Below the pieces are notes generated by a model. It made no database searches and had not been told where the DNA came from. It worked only from the letters and a program-made list of their open reading frames with translations. Shown here one piece after another: positions 21,859 through 32,563 of a stretch of DNA of 64,000 nt. Position 1 is the stretch's first letter. Every line of letters starts with the position of its first letter. A program made the translations under genes and the position numbers. The stretch lies in the NCBI GenBank assembly GCA_963776925.1, contig CAVZON010000001.1, positions 765,875 through 829,874 on the forward strand, given 5' to 3'. Origin of the DNA: an uncultured Chloroflexia bacterium (GTDB lineage: Bacteria > Chloroflexota > Limnocylindria > Limnocylindrales > CSP1-4).

Positions 21859-24022
21859 GTGGCGCCCGGCATCTCGCTCGCGCTCGCGCTCCACAACCAC
21901 CAGCCGGTCGGCAACTTCGGGTGGGTCTTCGCCGAGGTCTACGAGCAGGCCTACGAGCCGATGGTCGCGGCCCTGGAGCGCCATCCCGGCGTCCGCCTGT
22001 CGCTCCACTACACCGGTCCCCTGCTCGAATGGCTGCGCGCCGAGCGCCCGGAGTTCATCGACCGGCTGCGCGCGCTCGTCGCGACGCGGCCAGGTCGAGA
22101 TCCTGGGCGGCGGCTACTACGAGCCGGTCCTCGCCTCGCTGCCCGGAGCGCGACCGGATCGGCCAGCTGCGCCGGATGGGCGACGAGCTGGAGCGCCTGT
22201 TCGGACGCCGGCCGGACGGCGCGTGGCTGGCCGAGCGGGTCTGGGAGCCGGACCTGCCGACCTCGCTGGTCGCGGCCGGCTACCGCTGGACGATCCTCGA
22301 CGACGCGCACTTCCGCGCCGCGGCGATCCCCGAGGACGACCTGTGGGGCCCGTACACGACCGAGGACCAGGGCCACCTCCTGCGCGTGTTCGGGACCGAG
22401 CAGGGCCTGCGCTACCGGATCCCGTTCCGCGACGTCGAGGAGGTCATCGACTACCTGCGCGACCACGCCACCGAGGCGCGGCGACCGGTCGGGATGATGG
22501 GCGACGACGGCGAGAAGTTCGGGGCCTGGCCGACGACCTGGGAGCACTGCTGGGGCGAGGGCCGCTGGGTGGAGCGGTTCTTCGAGGCGCTCGAGGCGAA
22601 CGCCGACTGGCTGACCACGACGACCCCGTCGGCGTGGCTGGCCGACCACCCGCCGATCGGCCGGGTCTACGTCCCGACCGGGCTCGTACGCCGAGATGGG
22701 CGAGTGGGCGCTGCCGGCGGACGAGAGCCTCGTCTTCACCGAGGTCCTCCACCGCGCGCAGGACGAGCGCCGGCCCGAGGCGCGCTGGCTGCGCGGCGCG
22801 TTCTGGCGCAACTTCCAGGTCAAGTACCGCGAGATCAACGACCTCCACAAGCAGATGCTGCGCGGCCTCGGCCGCGGTCGACGCGATGCCGCGCCGGCGC
22901 CGACCCGCGACCGGGCCCTCGACCACCTCTACCAGGGCCAGTCGAACGACTGCTACTGGCACGGCCTGTTCGGCGGGATCTACATCAGCCACATGCGCCT
23001 GGCCACCTACGAGCACCTCATCGCGGCCGAGGACCTGGCCGAGACCGGCGGCGCGGCGCGCTCGTCGCCGCCGAGCTGCGCGACCTCGACATGGACGGCG
23101 TCGACGAGGTCCGCCTGGCCGGCGCCGGGCCAGGTCGTGACCGTCGACCTCGACGGTGGCGCGGGCATCGGCGGCTGGGACATCCGGGCGGTCCGCCACG
23201 CGCTGGCCTCGGTGATGCGCCGCCGGCCGGAGGCCTACCACGACGATCGCTCCGCGGCGCGGTCGGCCGAGGCGGCGGCGGCGCAGGGCGGCGACGGCGG
23301 CGCCCCGACGTCCATCCACGACATCGTTCCGGGTCAAGGAGCCCGGCCTCGCCGAGCGTCTCGTGTACGACGCCTACGAGCGGCGCAGCGGACCTCGTCC
23401 GGGTCCTGGCCCCGACGCCACGCCCGAGGACTGGGCGACGGCCGCGGGCGACCGAGCTCGGCGACGCCGTCGACGGCGCGTTCGCGGTCGTCGACCTCGG
23501 CCAGGACCGGCTCTGGTCACGCGGCGCGAGGCGGCCATCGCCGAGGCGCGGCGTGACCGATCACCAAGACGCTCATCCTCGGCGGCGACCGGCGGACGCC
23601 GACCCTCGAGGCCCAGGTCCGACCTGGAGCATCGCGACGGCCCGGCGGTCGATGCCCGGCTCGGGCTCGAGTGGGCGCTGACGATGCTCGGCGGCGGCGG
23701 CAACCCGTCGGCCTGGTGGGACGTCGACGGGACGCGGACCGGCCACGACGTCGCCGGCAGGCCGGCGGGCGTGACGCGCCTCTCCCAGGGCAACGACTAC
23801 ATCGGGGTCGCCGTCGAGACCATCGTCGACGAGCCGGCCGACGCCTGGTGGGCGCCGATCGAGACCGTCTCCAACTCGGAGAGCGGGTTCGAGCGCGTGT
23901 ACCAGGGCGGCGCGCTGCTCCTGTCGTGGCCGCTCCGGCTGGCCCCGGGCGAGACGCTGGTCGCGCATCGTCCGCCACCGCGGTCGACGACGGACCGTGA
24001 CCGCGCCGACGAGGCGACGTGA
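21859..24022 (+). CDS. Glycoside hydrolase family 57 protein (GH57 alpha-glucanotransferase/branching-enzyme-like). In frame with glgP upstream. Several frameshifts.
   Basis: ...GISLALALHNHQPVGNFGWVFAEVYEQAYEP... (GH57 HNHQP signature), ...GGYYEPVLASLPE..., ...MMGDDGEKFGAWP..., ...DCYWHGLFGGIYISHMRLA... A possible internal GTG sits at 21859. End at 24022 overlaps the next start by GTGA. Confidence 0.7.
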
Positions 24023-25385
24023 GCCGACCGAGCCTCGTCGTCCACGGGCACTTCTACCAGCCGCCGCGCCTGGACCCGTCACCGGACGGACCCCGGTGCG
24101 ATCCGACGGCCGCGCCCGCCCGCGACTGGAACAGCCGGATCAGCGCCGACTGCTACCGCCCGAACGCCGAGCTCGGCAACCTCGGCGCGATGTCGTGGGA
24201 CCTCGGGCCGACGCTGGCCGGCTGGATGGCGACGACGGCGGCGACCCGGTCGCCTACCGCGGGTTCGTCGACGGCGATCGCGGGCGTCAACGGGCTGGCC
24301 CAGCCGTTCCACCACACCATCCTGCCGCTGGCGTCGGCCGCCGACCGGCGGACCGAGATCCGCTGGGGCCTGCGCGACTTCGAGGTCCGGTTCGGGCGGC
24401 GGCGCGACCGGGATGTGGCTGCCCGAGACCGCGGTCGACCTGGCATCGCTCCGGCTGCTGGCCGACGAGGGCATCGACCACACCATCCTCGCCCCGTGGC
24501 AGGTCGACGGCGCACGACCTCGACACCCGGCGGCCGGTACCGCGTCGACCTGGGCGACGGCCGGTCGATGGTCGTGGCGCATCTACGACGGCGCTGCTGT
24601 CGTCGGCGGTCTCGTTCGAGCCGCCGGCGACGGTCGACGCCGATGCCTTCGTCCGCGACCGGATCGTGCCGCGCTTCGCCCGAGGCGCCGCTCCCCGACG
24701 GCGTCGACCCGCTCGTCATCATCGCGACCGACGGCGAGCTGTACGGCCATCACCAGCCGCTACGCGAGCACTTCCTGGCCCGGCTCGTCGGCGCGACCGC
24801 GCCGGCGGATCGGGCGTTCGCGACGCCCTCGCTCGGCGCGGCGCTGGCCGCTGCGGCGGCATCAGAGCGGCCGCTGCCCGACGTCCGCCTGCGCGAACGC
24901 ACGTCGTGGAGCTGCCATCACGGCATCGCCCGCTGGGCGGCCGGCTGCGACTGCGCTGCCGACGTCCGAGTGGAAGCTGCCCCTGCGCACGGCGTTCGAG
25001 CGACTCGCCGGCGGGATCGACGCGGCGACCGAGGCGGTGGCCGGACCGCTCCCCGGCGCGACCCGATCCGTGGGCCGCCCGCGAGGCCTACGTCGACGTC
25101 GTCATCGGCGCGATCGACCGGACGGCGTTCGCCGACGCGTGGCTCGGCGCGAGCGCCACGGAGGCCGAGCGCGCGACCTTCCTCGACCTGATGGAGGCCC
25201 AGCGCTGGCGTCTGTCGATGTTCGCGTCGTGTGCCTGGTTCTGGGAGTGGCACCAGCGCATCGAGACCGCCGGCGCGCATCCGCGCCGCCATCCATGCCG
25301 CGCGGATGCTCGACGGCGATGCGGGACCGGCCTGGAGGCGCGGCTGCGCGCCGACCTGGCGGCCGCCGGCATCGTCGTGCCGTGA
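24019..25385 (+). CDS. DUF3536/GH57-like protein. At least 4 frameshifts.
   Basis: MSRPSLVVHGHFYQPPR... N-terminus as I recall for DUF3536. Then ...QPFHHTILPLASAAD..., ...MWLPETAVDLASLRLLADEGIDHTILAPWQ..., ...LYGHHQPLREHF..., ...SMFASCAWFWEW..., pieced from 4 frames. Confidence 0.55.
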
Positions 25386-25403
25386 TGCCGAGGAACAGCG
25401 AAA

Positions 25404-25427
25404 GGCCGGACCCTGCGCGGTCCGGCC
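25404..25427. terminator. Stem-loop between convergent genes.
   Basis: GGCCGGACC-ctgcgc-GGTCCGGCC, a perfect 9-bp stem. Confidence 0.45.
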
Positions 25428-25479
25428 CTTCGGCGAGTGAGTCGTTGCAGCCGTCGGTCGACGGCGTGGCGTCGCGGTC

Positions 25480-25590
25480 CTAGCGGATCCCGAACTGCCA
25501 GTCGCGGGTGTCGACGCCCCAGCGCATGGCCGCGAGGCCGAACGCCGCGAACACCGCACCGATCGCGATGAAGAGAACCAACCCGATCAT
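25480..25590 (-). CDS. Small hydrophobic protein (36 aa, MIGLVLFIAIGAVFAAFGLAAMRWGVDTRDWQFGIR). Not in the ORF track.
   Basis: ATG at 25590, TAG at 25482..25480. One predicted TM helix. Divergent from the GntR gene across an AT-rich spacer. Confidence 0.35.
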   Translation of the reverse strand: MIGLVLFIAIGAVFAAFGLAAMRWGVDTRDWQFGIR

Positions 25591-25657
25591 CGGGCACCTA
25601 CCTTGTATTGCTATAGTGCATTAGGCCAAGTACGACGGTAACTTGGACTAGTCTGAT
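25591..25657. promoter_or_regulatory. AT-rich divergent promoter/operator region upstream of the GntR gene.
   Basis: ccttgtattgctatagtgcattaggCCAAGTacgacggtaACTTGGactagtctgat. Inverted repeat CCAAGT-N9-ACTTGG plus CTATAG palindrome. About 45% GC against about 72% background. Confidence 0.4.
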
Positions 25658-26686
25658 ATGTCAACCGACGACCCTTCGATCCTCGGCGCTGTGCCCGGCG
25701 GAGCCGCCAGCGGCGGTCTCGACGTCGAACGTGATTCCGACGTCCCGATCTCGACCCAGATCTTCTGGCAGCTCGCCTACCAGATCGATTCCGGTCGGCT
25801 CCTGCCTGGTTCGCGGTTGCCCCCGGTCCGAGAACTCGGGGCCGCACTGCGAGTGAACCCCAACACCATCCGGGCGGTCTATCGACGTTTGGCCGACGCC
25901 GGCTACGTCACGAGTCGCCACGGCGCCGGCACCCATGTCGCCGACCGACCGCCCCAGCGCCGTGGCGCGGAGGCCCTGGCCGGGATCGTCGCCGAGATGA
26001 TCCGGCGCGCTGCCGCTGCCGGGTTCACCGCCGACGAGGTCGCGTCCGCCACGTTCGCCGCCGCCAGCGAGCGCAAGCGACCCGGTCCGCTCGTCCGCGT
26101 CCTGTTCGCCGAGTGCACGAGCTCCGACGCGGGCTACGACGCCGAGCGCCTGGTCGACGCGTTCCCTGGCGTCATCGAGGTCGAGGGCACGCTCATCGAC
26201 GACATGCCCGAGCGGCTCGACCGGTTCCACTACGACCTCGTCGCGACGACGACGTTCCACGCCGACGAGTGCCAGGTCCTGGCCGCCGGCCGGGTCCCGG
26301 TCGTGGCGATGCTCGTCGGGCCGGGCTACCTCGAGCTCGTCCACGAGATCGCGGGCCTGCCGGCTGGGTCGCGTGTCGGGCTCGTGTGCAGCAGCGCCCG
26401 CGGCTCCGACAACATGCAGGAGGTGCTCCGGCTGGCCGGCGCGACCGGCGTCGAGATCGTCTCCGGCCTGACCGACGACCCGGAGGGGCTGGATCAGGTC
26501 GACCAGACCGCCGACCTGATCCTCGTGTCCCGCGACGCGCTGAACGCCGGCCTGGAGCGTCGCTTCGCCCGGCCGGAGCGCATCCGGCCATGGACCTACG
26601 AGTTCGATCCGTCCGGCCTGGAGCTGCTCCGCCGGGCCGTCGAGCACGTCGTCGCCGAACGTCCCGCGGAGGCGGTCACCGCCTGA
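25658..26686 (+). CDS. GntR-family transcriptional regulator with C-terminal ligand-binding domain.
   Basis: ...PGSRLPPVRELGAALRVNPNTIRAVYRRLADAGYVTSRHGAGTHV (GntR HTH). Intact 342-aa ORF. Confidence 0.75.
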   Translation: MSTDDPSILGAVPGGAASGGLDVERDSDVPISTQIFWQLAYQIDSGRLLPGSRLPPVRELGAALRVNPNTIRAVYRRLADAGYVTSRHGAGTHVADRPPQRRGAEALAGIVAEMIRRAAAAGFTADEVASATFAAASERKRPGPLVRVLFAECTSSDAGYDAERLVDAFPGVIEVEGTLIDDMPERLDRFHYDLVATTTFHADECQVLAAGRVPVVAMLVGPGYLELVHEIAGLPAGSRVGLVCSSARGSDNMQEVLRLAGATGVEIVSGLTDDPEGLDQVDQTADLILVSRDALNAGLERRFARPERIRPWTYEFDPSGLELLRRAVEHVVAERPAEAVTA

Positions 26687-26718
26687 CGCCGGACCGGGTG
26701 GGGTGCCATCCTTCCGGC

Positions 26719-29700
26719 ATGCGGACCAGCCCTCCGACGGACCGGGCCTTCCACGTCCGTCGTTCCGCGCGCGAGCGCTACGCCATCGAGGCGGCGCTCA
26801 TCGGGTCGCGCGGCGACCTGCTGACGACCGACCTCGCCGCCATCCGGCGGGTGGCCGCCCGGATGAACGCCGAGCGGCCGTTCGGCGTGCCGTCGGTCCT
26901 CGCCGCGTGAGATCGCGGCGCTCGGCCTCATCCACGAGATCGGCCACCTGCTCATCGACCGCTACGACCGCCAGCGCGGGGACCCGTCGATGGTCGTCGC
27001 CCTGACCGTGGTCCGGCAACGGCTCGGGCCGGCCGACACGGATCGGCTGCTGGATCGCTTCGCCCGGGAGTTCCCCGGTCCGGACCCGCAGGCGAGCCCG
27101 CCGCCGCCCGAGGCGCGTCTCGAGGAGCTGCTGCTGACGAGGATCGCCAACGAGAACCCGGCGATCGGGCCGCTCCGTGAGCTGGTCGACGACCGGATCC
27201 TCGCCGACGGGACGCGCTACGAGGCAGCCGTCGCCGGGCTGGAGCGTGCCTTCGCCGACGGTCCGCCGTTCGGCGCCAGCGGGACGTCCCTCATCGAGCT
27301 CATGCGCACGCCCGCGCGCGAGGCGCCGACCTCCCTGCTGGGTCAGTTGCGCTACATCCGCTCTGCACTGGGCGGCGTTCCTCGGCGACGAGCTGGTGGC
27401 CCTCATCGGCCGGCTCGATCGGACGATCGGCGTCCTCTCACGAGGAGGAGCTGGGGCTGCATCGGCGCTTCGGTGGCGGCGGTGACGGTGGGTTCGGCGC
27501 TGGTCCGGTCCATGCTCCGTCGATCGAGGGCGCAGCCGATGAACCCGAGGCGTTCAGCGTCGACTCGGCCTGGATGCCCCGGCTCGTGCTCATGGCCAAG
27601 AGCACCCACGTCTGGCTGGACCAGCTGTCGCGGCGCTACGGCCGCGAGATCCACACCCTCGACGCGATCCCGGACGAGGAGCTCGACATCCTGGCTCGCT
27701 GGGGCGTCACCGGCCTGTGGCTCATCGGCCTGTGGCAGCGCTCGATCGCCTCCGAGCGGATCAAGCGCATGCGCGGCAACCAGGACGCCGTGGCCAGCGC
27801 TTACTCGCTCGACGACTACCGGATCGCCGACGACCTCGGCGGTGAGGCGGCCCACGCCGACCTGCGCGACCGGGCGTGGGCACGCGGCATCCGGCTGGCC
27901 AGCGACATGGTCCCCAACCACATGGGCCTCGACTCGCGCTGGGTCGTCGAGCATCCCGAGTGGTTCCTGTCGCTGCCCGAGCCGCCGTACCCGGCGTACG
28001 CGTACACCGGCGCGGACCTGTCCACCGACGAGCGCGTCGGCATCGTCCTGGAGGACCACTACTGGAACGACAGCGACGCGGCCGTGACCTTCCAGCGCAT
28101 CGACCGATGGAGCGGCGACCGACGCTACGTCTACCACGGCAACGACGGCACGAGCTTCCCGTGGAACGACACGGCCCAGCTCGACTTCCTCCAGGCCGAG
28201 GTCCGCGAGCAGGTCATCCGGACCATCCTCGACGTCGCCCGCCGCTTCCCGGTCATCCGCTTCGATGCGGCCATGGTCCTCGCCCGGCGCCACGTGCAGC
28301 GCCTGTGGTGGCCGCTGCCGGGCGGCGGCGACGGCATCCCCTCCCGCGCCGAGCACGCGCTCACCCAGGCCCAGTTCGACGCCGCCATGCCGGCCGAGTT
28401 CTGGCGCGAGGTCGTCGACCGGGTCGCGGCCGAGGTTCCCGACACGCTCCTCCTGGCCGAGGCGTTCTGGATGCTCGAGGGGTACTTCGTGCGGACCCTC
28501 GGGATGCATCGCGTCTACAACAGCGCGTTCATGCACATGCTCCGCGACGAGGACGGCGCGGGCTATCGGCGGCTGATCCGCGAGACCCTCGAGTTCGACC
28601 CCGAGATCCTCAAGCGCTACGTCAACTTCATGAACAACCCCGACGAGAAGACCGCGGTCGAGCAGTTCGGGAAGGGCGACAAGTACGTCGGCGTGGCCAC
28701 GGTCCTGGCCACGATGCCGGGCCTGCCGATGCTGGGCCACGGGCAGGTCGAGGGCTTCACCGAGAAGTACGGGATGGAGTTCCGACGGGCCACGCTCGAG
28801 GAGCACGCGGACCCGTGGCTGGTCGCGCGGCACGAGCGCGAGATCTTCCCGCTGCTCCATCGCCGCGCCTGGTTCGCCGAGGCGCACGACTTCCTGCTCT
28901 ACGACTTCGTGACCGCCGACGGTGTCGACGAGGCGGTGCTCGCCTACTCGAACGGTTCCGGCCCGACCCGCTCGCTCGTCGTCTACCACCTGCGCTTCGG
29001 CTCGACCGCCGGGACGATCCATGTCTCGACGCCGGTCGCGCGCAAGGGTCCGCGTGGCGGGAAGCGACTCGTCCGCCGATCGTTGGCGGACGGCCTCGGG
29101 GTGTCCGACGACCCGGCCGCGTTCGTCGCCTTCCGGGACGCCCGCACCGGCCTCGAGTACCTCCGCTCCGGGCGCGACCTCCGCGAGCACGGCCTGGCCC
29201 TGCACCTGGATGCCTACCGCGGTCATGTCTTCTGGGAGTTCCGCGACCTCGTCGACGGGTCCGCCGGCCAGTGGCGGCGCCTGGCGGATCGACTCGGGGG
29301 TTCCGGCGTCCCGTCCCTGGAGGCGGCGCTCGGAGACCTGCTCCTGGAACCCGTCCACGCCCCGCTGCGGGCGGTGTTCGACGGTCCCGAGGTCCGGGCG
29401 GTCCTCGACCGCGAGGCGAGCGATGCCGACCTCGACATCCTCGAAACACGACTGGCGGCGACGTTGCTGGCGATCGCCGCCGCGACCGGTGTCCCGAGCG
29501 ACGTGCCCGAGGTCGCGGCCCTGGCCGCGCGGCTGCGATCCCGGACGGAGGCCGGCTTCGCCGCCGACGTCGAGGGGCTCCGGACCCGAGTCGAGCGGGC
29601 GACCGCCCTCGGCTGGCTGGTGCTGTCGCGCATCGGCGAGCTGGCACCGGGCGCCGACGTGGCCGCCACGAGCGCGGCCTGGTACGAGGAGCTGCGCCTC

Positions 29701-30150
29701 GGGCCGGTCGTCGCGGGCGGGCTGCGCGCTGCCGGCCTCGAGGAAGCCGAGGCATGGACGACGGCCGACCGGATCCGCGTCCTGCTGGCGCTCCCCCGGC
29801 CATCGTCGAGCAGCGGCCGGTCGGTGGCGGCTCGCGACGAGCGTCTCCTGCGCCGCTGGCTCGCCGACGACCGGGTGCGGACCGCGATCGGGGTCAATAC
29901 CTGGGAGGGCGCCGAGTGGCTCGACCGCGCGCGCTTCGAGGACACCGTCGCCTGGGCGGCTCGGCTCGACGGGATCGAGACGGGGACAGCGCCGGATGCC
30001 GCGTTCGTGCGGCGGATGGCAGCCCGCGCCGAGGCGGCGGGCTATCGGCTGGACCGGCTCCTCGCGACCCCGGCTTCGGGACCGACGACCCGGCCCAAGC
30101 GGTCATCTGCGAGCTCGCCGCGTGCGGCGAAACGCCCGCCGCGAGCCTGA
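26719..30150 (+). CDS. Large alpha-amylase-family (GH13-like) protein, about 1,140 aa with a 300-aa N-terminal extension. Frameshifts near 26910-27000 and 27400-27570.
   Basis: The 27574 frame has WGVTGLWLIGLWQRS...DMVPNHMGLDSRW...FPVIRFDAAMVLA (GH13 regions I/II-like). Upstream frames carry MRTSPPTDRAFHVRRSARERYAIEAALIGSRGDLLTTDLAAIRRVAARMN... and ...LIHEIGHLLIDRYD... with no stop in between. Family assignment is tentative. Confidence 0.6.
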
Positions 30151-30157
30151 GCGACCC

Positions 30158-31900
30158 TCAGTCGAACAGCGCCCGGCGGAGGATCGCCGTCGGCGGCGCC
30201 CCGTGCGACAGGACCGCCTCGAGGTGGTCGCGGTAGCGGAACCCGGGGGTGGTCCCGAAACCGCCGGGCAGGTCGCGCGTCGGCCGCAGGTCGGGATCGC
30301 CGGCGGCCCGTCGTCGCGCCTCCAGCTCGATCGCCCACATCTCCATCGAGCCCGCGAAGTAGGTCGACAGCTGGGTCGACGACAGCCGGGCTCGGTCGTA
30401 CTTGGCCCTGGCCTCGGCCTCCTCCTGGAAGCCCTGGCCGACCATCAGGTCGAGCGCGGCCGCCTCGTCGATGCCGTCGACGTGGATGCGCGCGTCGAGG
30501 ATCGCGTTGGTGACCGAGCGCAGGTAGAACTTCCAGTGGGTCAGCAGCAGGGCCGGGTCGTCCGCGCCATACCCGACGTCCATCATCACCTGGGTCACGT
30601 ACACGGCCCAGCCCTCGGCGAAGAGCCCGCTCGCGAACACCGCCCGGGTCAGCGAGGCGGAGCGGTTCGCGTAGACGCCCTGGAGGTAGTGCCCCGGGTT
30701 CGCCTCGTGGATGGTCAGCAGGCGAAGCATCCGGCTGTTGTCCTCGCGCAGGTACGACTCGCGGCGCTCCGGCGGCCAGTCGTCGGGCATCGGGGTGATC
30801 GCGAAGAACGTGGTCAGGCCACGGTCGAGGGGACCGGGGGCGATGAGCATCGCCCCACCGAAGGCGCGCAGGAACGTCGGCGTCCAGCGGATGTCCATCG
30901 GCTCGTCTCCGAGGCCGATGAGGTCGTGCTCGCGACAGAACGCCTCGATCCGATCGTTCTCGGCACGGCAGAACGCAAGGAGGTCGTCGGCCTCGGGATG
31001 CTCGGCCGCGATGGCATCGAGCACGCCGCGGACCAGGGCACCGTCGTCGGACGGCCGGTCCACACCGGCACACCAGGTCGGCCACAGGTCGCCGGCCAGC
31101 CGAACCATCTCGGCGCGGACCGCATGGAACTCGCGCTGGGCCGCGGTCAGGATGTGCTCCGGCGTGAGCGTCGCCGAGCGCATCGTGTGGCGCATCTTGC
31201 GAGCGAACAGCTCGCCTCCCAGGCGAGCCTCGCCGACGCTGGCCGGCAGCACGACCGAGCGCAGGTGCTCCTCGAAGGCGGTGAGCGCGGCCCGTGCCGT
31301 GGCGGCGGCGGCATCCAGCCGTGGCCGAACGGCGCGCACCGCATCGTCGTCTGCGGCCGCCTCGGCCGCGGCGATGGTCTCGTCGACCAGCTCGGCGATC
31401 CCCGGCAGCTGGGTGAGCGCGGTCTCGGTCTGGAATCTGCCGACCGGTCGGCCGTCGGTCGCGCCGACGAGCGTGGCGCGAGCCCCGTCCAGCAGGTCCG
31501 GGATCCCCTCCAGCCGCCCGGCGATGCTCGCCAGCCGCACATCGAGCGGGGCGAACTCGCGCGACAGCAGGAGGAACAGGCCCTCGCCCAGCAGGTACAC
31601 CCAGGCGAGCGGGTCCCAGCGCTCTTCCTGGAGGACCTCGTCGGCGAACCGATGGGCGGCCAGCGCGTCGAGGACGATGTCCCGGTCGAGCGCGTCCTCC
31701 GGGCTGAGCGAGGCCGGGTCGACCGCCTCGAACGCAGCCCGCCAGTGGGCGGCGAAGGCCAGCCGGTCGGCGGCAGCGGTCGGGCCGGCGTCGGGCCAAC
31801 GGTCGTCGTGGCGGTGGTCACCGATGTCGGTGGAGAACACCGGGTCAGCGGCGGTCGCCGCGTCGAGGAAGGCGGAGGTCAGCTCCGCGAAGGTCGTCAT
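30158..31900 (-). CDS. DUF885 family protein (putative metallopeptidase-like).
   Basis: MTTFAELTSAFLDAATAADPVFSTDIGDHRHDDRW... and ...HEANPGHYLQGVYANRS... The listed ORF (to 32458) has a 186-aa implausible N-terminal extension. Otherwise intact (580 aa). Confidence 0.8.
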   Translation of the reverse strand: MTTFAELTSAFLDAATAADPVFSTDIGDHRHDDRWPDAGPTAAADRLAFAAHWRAAFEAVDPASLSPEDALDRDIVLDALAAHRFADEVLQEERWDPLAWVYLLGEGLFLLLSREFAPLDVRLASIAGRLEGIPDLLDGARATLVGATDGRPVGRFQTETALTQLPGIAELVDETIAAAEAAADDDAVRAVRPRLDAAAATARAALTAFEEHLRSVVLPASVGEARLGGELFARKMRHTMRSATLTPEHILTAAQREFHAVRAEMVRLAGDLWPTWCAGVDRPSDDGALVRGVLDAIAAEHPEADDLLAFCRAENDRIEAFCREHDLIGLGDEPMDIRWTPTFLRAFGGAMLIAPGPLDRGLTTFFAITPMPDDWPPERRESYLREDNSRMLRLLTIHEANPGHYLQGVYANRSASLTRAVFASGLFAEGWAVYVTQVMMDVGYGADDPALLLTHWKFYLRSVTNAILDARIHVDGIDEAAALDLMVGQGFQEEAEARAKYDRARLSSTQLSTYFAGSMEMWAIELEARRRAAGDPDLRPTRDLPGGFGTTPGFRYRDHLEAVLSHGAPPTAILRRALFD

Positions 31901-31952
31901 GGGGTCGAGTCTAGCGGCCACCGCGGGCTGAGCCGGCGCTACCATCGCCGGG

Positions 31953-32563
31953 TGGTCACGCCCGCTGCGCCAGCCCAGACCTGGGTCACGCCCGTCACCC
32001 TGACCGGCCGACGGATCCGGATGGAGCCGCTCGCCGAGCACCATCTCGACGATCTCGCGCGGGTGGCCTTCGACGCCGCGGTGTGGCGCTGGACGATCGC
32101 CCGCCCCATCGACGATGCGGGGCTGCGGTCGTGGCTGGCGACGGCCCTGGCGAACGCGGCGGCCGGGATCGAGGTCCCGTTCGCGACGGTCCATCTCGAG
32201 GAGGAGCGGGCCATCGGCAGCAGCCGGTTCATGACGATCGCGCCGGAGCACCGACGCGTCGAGATCGGCTGGACCTGGGTCGGGACCGCATACCAGCGGA
32301 CCGGGGCGAACCGCGAGGCCAAGCTGCTGCAGCTGACCCATGCGTTCGACACGCTCGGCGCGGAGCGGGTCGAGTTCAAGACCCACGCCCGGAACCTCGC
32401 GTCCCGCGGCGCGCTGCTCGGCATCGGGGCGACGTTCGAGGGCGTCCTGCGCCACCACACGATCATGCCCGACGGCTCGAACCGGGACTCCGCCTTCTAC
32501 GGCGTGATCGCGCCCGAGTGGCCCGCGGTCAAGGCCAGGCTCGAAGCCAAGCTCGACCGGTGA
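31953..32563 (+). CDS. GNAT family N-acetyltransferase (RimJ/RimL-like).
   Basis: ...VTLTGRRIRMEPLAEHHLDDLARVAFDAAVWRW...VEIGWTWVGTAYQRTGANREAKLLQLTHAFDTLGAERVEFKT... Start is uncertain (GTG about 31953). Stop overlaps the next start (GTGA). Confidence 0.7.

Noticed and set aside
21694-21860. Treating GlgP and GH57 as definitely separate genes, or as a definite fusion.
   Set aside because: The sequence as given has no stop between them, but the neighbouring 2 kb contains at least five indels. Either call is unsafe without polishing. Reported as a finding rather than a settled feature.
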